DNA of 30,308 nt from Macrostomum lignano (GCA_002269645.1 NIVC01000537.1:1-30308), one strand, 5' to 3'. Positions 1 through 10,000 are shown, counted from the stretch's first letter. Notes: a model not told the origin generated them from the letters alone. Numbers and translations: made by a program.

Positions 1-86
1 TAGAGGATGGCAGATAGAGATGGCAGATAGAGGATGGCAGATAGAGTAAATAGTATTGCAGATAGAGGATAGCAGATAGAGATGGC
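1..86. repeat. Tandem repeat, 13-14-bp unit GATGGCAGATAGA(G), probably continuing upstream of the window
   Basis: Directly visible repeated units. Confidence 0.8.
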
Positions 87-157
87 AGTGATTGGCACAG
101 AGCAGATGCAAGCACAAGCAGTCAATATCCAAAGCAACTGAGACGAACCCCACCCAG

Positions 158-2759
158 GTAATGGTAGTCCCGGAGGGTGTCTACCCTCGGTCGCAGCAAG
201 CCCTGACAGTAGGCGCGGTCAGCACGTGGAACTGCGGCTTACCTACGACTCCACTGTGAGATTCCCGAAGCCGCCAGCGAGAGACTGCCAGATGGAGAAG
301 GACAGACAAGCCGTGGTGTACGCTATGCAGTCGTGGAATTCAACTGCCAGCAGTCAAGTGTGAGCGCTTCTTGGGGTGTCTGAGAGTGATGAAAATTGAG
401 GATGAGTGCGATGCTGGAGAAGGAGATTATAATTCTGATATTGGGATTATAATTATAGGATGAGATCAGAATAGGGCGAGATTATATTGGGATCCGGTTA
501 GAACATGGTGGATTAGAACGGGTCAGATGGGAATGGATGAGATTAGATTTGGATGTGATGAGAATGGTTTGAGATTAGATTGGGATGAGATTAGATTGAA
601 TTGAGGTTAGATTGGGATGAGATTAGATTGTGATGAGATTAGATTGGGATTAGGTTAAACTGGGATGACACCATATTCGGATAGGATTAGAATGGGGTGA
701 ATTAGAAGGCAATGAGATTAGAGTCGATCAAGTGAGACCATAGAGTTAATTGTGATTAGAATGGCGTGAGACTGTATTGATTATTTATATTGATAGTATA
801 AGACCAGGTGGTTTGGCGAAGTTTCGAGGCAATTAGGGATTAATAAGATTCATATGTAATCTTGACAGTAGCACTCTTTGCAATAACTTTGCATTAAAAA
901 TAATTAAAATCGGCAGGGAACTCGTAAACATGACAGAAATCCGTGAGGCCACAACTTGGACTGAAAAGATTGACGCGCTGGCAAATATTCTCGCTGATCT
1001 GAACAGAAAGCGAGAAATTAAAGAGTGAGGCATCTTTTAATTTTCTGTTTGTGAAATTGTATTAAAATATGCTTTTGCCCTACTAACAGTAGAAAAACTA
1101 AGAATAATCTCATAATTTCTATTTATTGTTCTAAAAACGCTTTTCACCTACTTTGAGTAGCTTCATGTACATATAAAGTATCAATAATACCCGAAAAACA
1201 GAGGTCGAATTAACAATCGGCTAATCTTCAAATCCGGCACCCAAACCGACTGCATCGATGCTTATAAGGCGCGTCGTTTCTTAGAAAACTGCGGCTGCCT
1301 TCCGACGGCTCTCCTGCCGTTGCCAGCCAGCCTCATCGGTAGTTTCTGCTTCAATCAGAGTGGCACTGGACACAATTTCACCTGGACCGAGCGTTGCCTA
1401 GCAACCGAAACAGCCAAGCTGCTGCAATACGAACATGAGGCCAGATCGAAATGCCCGCCTCCGTGCGAGACGTTAAGCTACTCCATCAGCCAGGCGGGCA
1501 GCCCGTGGCCCGGCCTAGAGAGAGAGTCGGCTGTAGGCTGGATGAAGCTGCTGGCAATGTCGCTCGGCTATCCCAATAATCCCACCGGCTCGAGGGCCAT
1601 CGCCGGCATATTCGCTACTTACTTGCGCGCCGAGCGACTATCCAGACAGCCAGCTGAAAAGAGGGATCTCAACCAGATGCTGGAGTTTCAGCAAAAACTT
1701 CTGTCGCTAGAGAGGCAATTCGCTCGCATTACTGTGAGAATTCATAGATTTTTTCGTTTATTCTGCTGGTTCGTTTCTAAGCCAATTAGATAGAGAAAAT
1801 CAATCGGCTGTTCTCAGCCAATCAGCGATGGCTATGAGATAGAGAGAATCAATTGACCATTCTCAGCCAATCAGCGACAACTATGAGATGGAGAGAATCA
1901 ATTGACCATTCTCAGTCAATTAGCGACGACTATAAGATAGATATAATCAATTGGCGTTCTCAGCCAATCAGATGACGACTTCAGCCAATCAGCGACGACT
2001 TTGAGATAGAGAGAATTAAGTTCTCAGCCAATCAGTGACGACTATGAAATAGAGATAATCAATTGGCGTTCTCAGCCAATCAGCGACATTTGAGCGATAG
2101 AGAGAATCAATCGGCCGTTCTCAGCCAATCAAAGATGACTATGAGATAGAGATATCAAATGACCATTCTCAGCCAATCAGCGACGACTATGAGATAGAGA
2201 GAATCAATCGGCTGTTCTTGGCCAATCAGCGGCGAGTAGGAAATAGATAGTAGAGGGAAATAATTTGCAGTCTCAGCCAATGAAAACTGATATTTCTGTA
2301 ACCAATCAAGTGCAAAGAAGCAGAAAGGGATATTTATGCATAACAAACATTAAATATCGATTTTTTTCGAACAGGTAACAGCGGCTCGAGAGTTCGGAGA
2401 AGAAATAGTTGAAGAGCCTGGCTACACTATCAAGGATCTGATGGCCGACATGGGAGGTGCGTATCCTTCCTTGGCCTCTGTCCACTCGTATCCAACCAAT
2501 ATTATCGATTATTATTGATTTTTCAGGAGCGCTCGGTCTGTGGTCGGGGGTGTCAGTGCTAACCGCGTGCGAACTCATCGAACTGATTGCCTACCTGGCC
2601 GGGGCAGCCGCCAACTCCCGTCTGTTGCGAGGCGCTCAATCGAAAGTGCAGGCCCAACAGGAGGCTGCTTCATCCGCTTCCGTTGCCGCCGCCGCGACCA
2701 CCGACGAGTCCGAGATGATCGACAGTGCAGTCAGCCTTCAAAAGACTATTGACTTATAA
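158..2759 (+). CDS. DEG/ENaC (ASIC-like) sodium channel subunit, 3' part; exons ~158-359, 917-1024, 1202-1733, 2375-2456, 2527-2759
   Basis: Spliced translation gives VMVVPEGVYP..GQHVELRL..RFPKPPARDC, DC..ENCGCLP..FC..RC..KCPPPCETLSYSIS..WP, and TM2 region DLMADMGGALGLWSGVSVLTACELIE (family GGxLGLxxGxS motif). All four introns are GT-AG with matching phases. Stop TAA at 2757-2759. The start of the first exon is uncertain, and a 1-nt frameshift lies near 215-219. Confidence 0.9.
430..770. repeat. Degenerate GATTAGATTGGGATGA-type array in ENaC intron 360-916
   Basis: Recurrent gattagatt/gggatga motifs. Confidence 0.65.
1795..2285. repeat. ~48-bp minisatellite (TTCTCAGCCAATCAGCGACGACTATGAGATAGAGAGAATCAAT..) in ENaC intron 1734-2374
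   Basis: About 10 diverged copies visible. Confidence 0.85.
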
Positions 2760-2869
2760 GCGCTGGGTGTGAATTAATAGCGTTGAACTCGTTGACTTAA
2801 TTTATATAGGTCTTAGCTAATGCACTTATAATTTAGATAAACTATTGTCTATTAATCAATTGTTTCGAT

Positions 2870-3115
2870 TATATTTGTCTGAGCACATCTGCACACAATA
2901 TATTTGTGTCTGAGTGTCTGAGTACATCTGCACACAATAAATTTGTTTGAGTACATTTGCACACAATAAATTTGTTTGAGTACATCTGCACACAATAAAT
3001 TTGTTTGAGTACATCTGCACACAATAAATTTGTTTGATTACATCTGCACACAATAAATTTGTTTGAGTACATCTGCACACAATAAATTTGTTTGAGTACA
3101 TCTGCACACATTTAA
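2870..3115. repeat. 29-bp minisatellite CTGCACACAATAAATTTGTTTGAGTACAT downstream of the ENaC stop
   Basis: About 8 copies; AATAAA recurs every 29 bp from 2936 to 3081. Confidence 0.9.
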
Positions 3116-3638
3116 TTTGTCTAATAAAGTTCAAATTCAGACACTGCATCTGAGAAAAGAAAATAATATTGCAGTGGAATGTACTCGAGTATTGAAGCGC
3201 CAAAGAAGATATTGAAGCGCCATAAATGGATGTTAAAGTGCCATGGACGACAGGTAAAATTGAATAAAACCTGGCAAATTGAAATCAATCCAGTTAAATT
3301 AAAGTTGACAGGTTCACTGTCGCGTCGTGCCTATATATGCACCGCAGCGTGACAGGATAACTTCAGAGTTGTCCACTATAAGAAGAAAAAAGGCCAGCGC
3401 TCATATTTTGTTTCATTATTTGCCTAATCCATTTAAATTCAAAGCGAAAATTGGGAAGAAAAGGCGTCACTGAAATTGAATTAAATTACCCGTCACTTTA
3501 GACTGCATGCAGGTTCGTTGAAATCTGTATAAATTCGCAACTCTTTACAGACCCACACAAAGCATCAAAGTTGTTCTTTTATCGAGGTCAAAAGGCAGAG
3601 GCTTTTATCCTACATCATTACAGGAACTAAGAATTGCA

Positions 3639-5601
3639 ATGGTGCATCTGCGAAGGTAAGATTTTGCGGAGTAGCCTGGATTTTTTATTGGTGGCAGAGA
3701 CGCATCTTTGAGGCGCCAAACCTGCTGTGTAGGGAGCGCCAAACTTGCTGTGTAGGGGGGCGCCAAACTTGCTGTGTAGGGAGCGCCAAACTTGCTGTGT
3801 AGGGAGTATCAAACCTGCTGTGTAGGGAGCGCCAAACTTGCTGTGTAGGGGGGCGCCAAACTTGCTGTGTAGGGGGGCGCCAAACTTGCTGTGTAGAGAG
3901 CGCCAAACTTGCTGTGTAGGGAGCGCCAAACCTGCTGTGTAGGGGGCGCCAAACTTGCTGTGTGGGGGGGAGCGCCAAACTTGCTGTGTGGGGGGGGAGC
4001 GCCAAATCTGCTGTGTAGGGAGCGCCAAACCTGCTGTGTAGGGGGCGCCAAACTTGCTGTGTGGGGGGGGGAGCGCCAAACTTGCTGTGTGGAGGAGAGC
4101 GCCAAACCTGCTGTGTGGGGAGCGCCAAACTTGCTGTGTGGGGGGGGAGCGCCAAACTTGCTGTGTGGGGAGCGCCAAACCTGCTGTGTGGGGAGCGCCA
4201 AATCTGCTGTGTAGGGAGCGCCAAACTTGCTGTGTGGGGGGGAGCGCCAAACCTGCTGTGTAGCCAAACTTGCTGTGTAGGGGGGCGCCAAACACTTTAT
4301 TATCATAACATATTATGAAACATTTTGCAGGACTCTACTCGATATTAAAAAGCCGACTGTGCTGTTATTACTGAGCACGGTTTTGGTTGCTAACTTGAGC
4401 AGCTGTCAAGCCATGGAGATTTCTTCTAATTCTGGTTTCCCGTCGAGCCGAACAGATTTTCAACGCTGGCTGACTGGTAACCTAGAAGCGGCTGGGGATT
4501 CTGTTCGGGGATTTTAGTCATTGGAAACTGGGGGATTAGGGCGTTAGTAACTGGGGATTAGGGGATTAGTCACTAGGACTAGTGACTGGGGATTTGGGTA
4601 TTAGGCACTAAGATTAGGGGATTAGAGACTGAGATTAGGGGATTAGTCACTAAGATTAGGGGATTGGTGACTGGGGATTAGGGGATTAGTCACTAGGATT
4701 AAGGGATTAGTGACTGGGGATTATGGGATTAATCACTAAGATTAGGGGATTAGTCACTAAGATTAGGGGATTAGTCACTAAGATTAGGGGATTAGTGAAC
4801 TGGGGATTAGGGGATTAGTAACTAAGACTAAGGGATTAGTGAACTGGGGATTAGGGGATTAGTAACTAAGATTAAGGGATTAGTGACTGGGGATTAGGAG
4901 ATTAGTCACTAAGATTAGGAGATTAGTGAACTGGGGATTAGGGGATTAGTAACTAAGATTTGTGACTGGGGATTTTTGGATTAGTCACTAAGATTAGGGG
5001 ATTAGAGACTGGGGATTAGGGGATTAGTCACTAAGATTAGGGGATTAGTGACTGAGGATAAGAGGATTAGTCACTAAGATTAGGGGATTAGTCACTAAGA
5101 TTAAGGGATTTGTGACTGGGGATTTTTGGATTTGTCACTAAGGTTAGGGATTAGTGACTGGGGATTAGAGGATTAGTCACTAAGATTAGGGGATTGGTGT
5201 CTGTTATTAGAAGATTGAACAGAGATGGTTATTATAAACGAAGACATCAGTTCCTGTAATTAATTATTGACGATATACTATTAGTACTTATTAATGTACA
5301 AACAGCTGAAGCGCCTGGATCACCGATGCCATGGAAAATGAAGCGACGCCATGAAAAGCTGCACCGCAGGACAGCACCAATGTCCAGCTCGACTTTAACA
5401 GCCCCATTGCAACCTCGTCTGCGCCTGCGCCTGTCGCATCTGGTGTACTTTCCATGCGCTTACGGAGGCCTGCCCTATCCCGTTGGCTGCGGCAAGTCCG
5501 GCCTGGGGCCGCGGGTGTTCGTGTCTAGGAAGCGGCGTCAGCTGGTGTGCGTGTGCCTGTGCCCCGCCAGCGCCGCTCTGCCTAATTGCAGCGTCGTTTA
5601 A
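3639..5601 (+). CDS. Putative secreted Cys-rich precursor, 152 aa; coding exons 3639-3655, 4331-4476, 5306-5601
   Basis: ATG GTG CAT CTG CGA AG|gtaaga ... ttttgcag|G ACT CTA (phase 2), and ACT G|gtaacc ... caaacag|CT GAA (phase 1). Joined length is 459 nt = 153 codons with no internal stop. N-terminal hydrophobic stretch (PTVLLLLSTVLVANLSSCQA), KRR/RR/RKRR sites and 6 C-terminal Cys. Confidence 0.75.
3712..4292. repeat. ~23-bp minisatellite GCGCCAAACTTGCTGTGT(A/G)GGGA with variable G-run, in intron 3656-4330
   Basis: About 25 copies visible. Confidence 0.95.
4485..5195. repeat. GGGGATTAG-based minisatellite (~21-bp unit GGGGATTAGTCACTAAGATTA) in intron 4477-5305
   Basis: Directly visible. 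Confidence 0.9.
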
Positions 5602-7019
5602 ATTGACAACCAATTTGAAATAATTATAGCATTGCAGCGATTATTAAAATTAAAGCGGTAAAATGTACGCACGTACAATGTACATGGCAAATATCTAAAT
5701 ATATATATGGACTTTGACCAAAACCGCGAGAATCAGAAGGCCAAACAACTACAGTACGACTATTAAAGTACGACCATTAAAATTTGAAGGACTTTTGATT
5801 GGAGCTTTAATCAAAACATCTTAAATCGTGCTAACTTTGCTATTGCCTGCTATGAGTAGGGTATTAGTGAACTTATATAAAATAATTACAATTAGATTCA
5901 AAACTTTGGTAGTTATTAGTGGCTTTGCCTTCGACTAATTTATAGTAATTCATACGCTTTTTAAAGCAATATAAATGTATCACCCTTCACGATTGGCCCC
6001 AGGGACATCTTTTGCGGAGTAAGCGTATAGTTGCATTACATTATAACAAAACACACACGTTTTTCAAACGTACTGGCCGTGTCGTTAAATAAACATTAGT
6101 TGAAATGCGAAGTCCAGTTAGAAAATAAATATGGTTCAGTCTTTACTGCATAGAGTAGAGAGTAGATTTACGACGTTAGTTGCACTGTTGAATAACTACA
6201 GTTTTTAATTAAACCGAAAGCATTGTTTATTTAGGCACCATTTTCACAAGTAAGTAAATGAGAATTTTCATCAGCAGACTCGCTCGCATAGGAAATGAAC
6301 TGCTATTTGTATGATTAACGAGTCTGTAACTGTCTAACTGTTAAAAATGAAACGCGGGTTAACAGGTGGTGCGAAATACAAATGCAAGTTGGGTAGGGTA
6401 GGGAAAATAAACACTCGAGCTTCGAGCGCTAAAAAGTGTCACTCATAAGTAGAGATTCTGCATTTTCTGACCTGCTGAATAGACCCAACAACCAGACACA
6501 GATAACAAATATTTGGTTTTCTCAAAATTGTGTGGCGATAAAAACTAATTACTAATGTACTTTTTAATGTGCGCACTTAATCTATTATTGTATTTATTTT
6601 ATTTGGCCGCCGCGGCCCAGGCCTCCGGTAAAGGAAGAAACGTTTTGGGGTGGAGAGGGGGCTTCTCGGTATGTACATGCCTCACTGTACATTGAATTGG
6701 GAGTGGGGGGAATCGGGGTTGGTTGGGTAAAAGAGAGAGGAACGAGGGGGATAGAGTTAGGTAAGACTTTTAGCTCGCAAACCCTAAACTAACCCTTATA
6801 TATATCAGCACATGGACCCATTCCAGACAGATTCTGTCAATGTTTTGCATCAGTCTATCTAACCAGCAAACTTGTTAACTAAATAAATCCTGCTTAAGGT
6901 TATATACACTGAATATCGTGAAAGCTCTTGCACGTTTTCTATTGCAACCAAGCATCAAACAACGAATTACACTAGCTAATATATTAATTACCAAACGGTG
7001 AAACAAGCAGCAACAAAGC

Positions 7020-10000
7020 ATGGAAATTTCGACGCACCAAGAGCCTTTTATTTATGTCAATGACAAACGATACGAGAGTAAGTATAACCACACTATGCGA
7101 TTCTTGGGATTGCTTTTTTTACCAATAAATCGTTAGTTTTACAATCCACGGTCATGTAGTCACTCGCGATTGCGACCCCGAGATGAGTCTGAACGACTTT
7201 CTTCGCGACACGCTCAACTTGAAGGGCACCAAAGTGATGTGCCGCGAGGCCGGCTGCGGTTGTTGCACAGTGTGCGCCGTTTATAAACATCCAGCTACTG
7301 GCGAGATCGAGTCTAAACCGGTTAATTCGGTGAGCTAAATTTTTTGTGATTGTTGAATGTTGCCTGTGGACTATATTTGTTAGTTAGGATAGGGGAAGTC
7401 CTTGAATCTGAAGATTGAAGAAACTAGCTGCTTGGCTAGAATCAAGGTTAAAACCTAATAAGGGAGGTTGGACATCCCGAATGATACATCATTCAGCGAA
7501 GAAAAGCACCTGGACTACTAAAATAGAAGCCCTTGAACTACTGGAATAAAAGTCCCTGGCCTGAACTATGGGAATAGAAGTCCTTGTTGAACTACTGGAA
7601 TAGAAGTCCTTGAACTACTCGAATAGAAGTCCTTGAACTACTGGAATAGAAGTCCTTGTTGAACTACTGGAATAGAAGTCCTTGAACTACTGGAATAGAA
7701 GTCCTTGTTGAACTACTGGAATAGAAGTCCTTGAACTACTGGAATAGAAGTCCTTGTTGAACTACTGGAATAGAAGTCCTTGAATTACTCGAATAGAAGT
7801 CCTTGAACTACTGGAATAGAAGTCCTTGAACTACTGGAATGGAAGTCCTTGTTGAACTACTGGAATAGAAGTCCCTGAACTAATGGATTAGAAGCCCCTG
7901 AACTGCTGGATTAGAAGCCCCTGAACTACTGGAATAGAAGTCCTTGAACTACTCGAATAGAAGTCCTTGAACTACTGGAATAGAAGTCCTTGAACTACTC
8001 GAATAGAAGTCCTTGAACTACTCGAATAGAAGTCCTTGAACTACTGGAATAGAAGTCCTTGAACTACTCGAATAGAAGTCCTTGAACTACTCGAATAGAA
8101 GTCCTTGAACTACTCGAATAGAAGTCCTTGAACTACTCGAATAGAAGTCCTTTAACTACTCGAATAGAAGTCCTTGAACTACTCGAATAGAAGTCCTTGA
8201 ACTACTCGAATAGAAATCCTTGAACTACTGGATTAGAAGTCCTTTAACTACTCGAATAGAAGTCCTTGAACTACTGGAATAGAAGTCCTTGAACTACTGG
8301 AATAGAAGTCCTTGAACTACTCGAATAGAAGTCCTTGAACTACTCGAATAGAAGTCCTTGAACTACTCGAATAGAAGTCCTTGAACTACTCGAATAGAAG
8401 TCCTTTAACTACTCGAATAGAAGTCCTTGAACTACTCGAATAGAAGTCCTTGAACTACTCGAATAGAAGTCCTTGAACTACTGGAATGGAAGTCCTTGTT
8501 GAACTACTGGAATAGAAGTCCCTGAACTAATGGATTAGAAGCCCCTGAACTGCTGGATTAGAAGCCCCTGAACTACTGGAATAGAAGTCCTTGAACTACT
8601 CGAATAGAAGTCCTTGAACTACTGGAATAGAAGTCCTTGAACTACTCGAATAGAAGTCCTTGAACTACTCGAATAGAAGTCCTTGAACTACTGGAATAGA
8701 AGTCCTTGAACTACTCGAATAGAAGTCCTTGAACTACTCGAATAGAAGTCCTTGAACTACTCGAATAGAAGTCCTTGAACTACTCGAATAGAAGTCCTTT
8801 AACTACTCGAATAGAAGTCCTTGAACTACTCGAATAGAAGTCCTTGAACTACTCGAATAGAAATCCTTGAACTACTGGATTAGAAGTCCTTTAACTACTT
8901 GAATAGAAGTCCTTGAACTACTGGAATAGAAGTCCTTGTTGAACTACTGGAATAGAAGTCCTTGAACTACTGGAATAGAAGTCATTGAACTACTCGAATA
9001 GAAATCCTTAAACTACTGGAATAGAAGTCCTTGAATTACTCGAATAGAAGTCCTTGAACTACTGGAATAGAAGTCCTTGAATTACTCGAATAGGAGTCCT
9101 TGAACTACTGGAATAGAAGTCCTTGTTGAACTACTCGAATAGAACTTAGAAGTCCTTGAACTACTCGAATAGAAGTCCTTGAACTACCGGATTACCGGAA
9201 TAGAAATCCCTGAACTACCGGAATAGAAGTCCTTAGCTATGGTAATGTTAGATTTTCAATATCACATGTGCCTCAGATGTAACATTGACCCCTTACCCCA
9301 TTACAGTGTGTGACACCCTTGTACTCCGCCGCCGGCTGGCACATTGTCACCATTGAAGGCATCGGCGGCCGCAGCCAGTCCGCGGGCTACCACCCAATTC
9401 AGGCCAGCCTAGCCGACGGATTCGGCAGTCAGTGCGGCTACTGTTCGCCCGGCTTCGTCATGTCGGCCTACAGCCAGCTGAGAGACAATCCGAAGGCTAC
9501 TAAATTAGAGGTTGAGCACTTTTTCGACGGCAATATTTGCCGCTGCACCGGCTATAGGCCGATATTGGACTCGATGAAGAGCTTCGCTTGCGATGCCGGC
9601 AAAGCTGGAGGCTGTTTGGAGGTTGAGGCGAGTACGATTATTGGTACTTTGATTGTCTATATGAGATTGTATTGTGGCATTTGGAGGTAATATTCCAATA
9701 AGACTTCAAATCCCAGATTCAAGATCCCAACCGGGATCTCATCTTAACTCCATGGTCCCAGATCCCAACCTCTTGATCCCAGATCCCAACCTCTTGATCC
9801 CAGATCCCAACCTCTTGATCCCAGATCCCAACCTCTTGATCCCAGATCCCGACTTCTTGATACCAGATCCCAACCTCTTGATCCCAGATCCCAACCTCTT
9901 GATCCCAGATCCCAACCTCTTGATCCCAGATCCCAACCTCTTGATACCAGATCCCACCCCGTGATCTCCAGATCCCAATCCCTTGATTCCAGATCCCAAC

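Noticed and set aside
4413-4427. Predicted mature N-terminus MEISS resembles the AOX start MEIST
   Set aside because: Similarity is limited to four codons; no extended homology.
4446-4475. RTDFQRWL resembles the glucagon-family DFVQWL segment
   Set aside because: Too short, and it lacks the N-terminal His/Tyr motif and flanking basic sites; likely coincidence.
7131-7159. Alternative acceptor cgttag at 7135-7136 giving FTIHGHVV, which resembles the family N-terminus
   Set aside because: Its phase is incompatible with exon 1 (it hits a TAG). The acceptor at 7158-7159 gives a continuous family-like sequence.
7510-9235. CRISPR-like appearance of the 21-45-bp direct-repeat arrays
   Set aside because: Units are head-to-tail with no unique spacers, there are no cas genes, and the context is eukaryotic introns.
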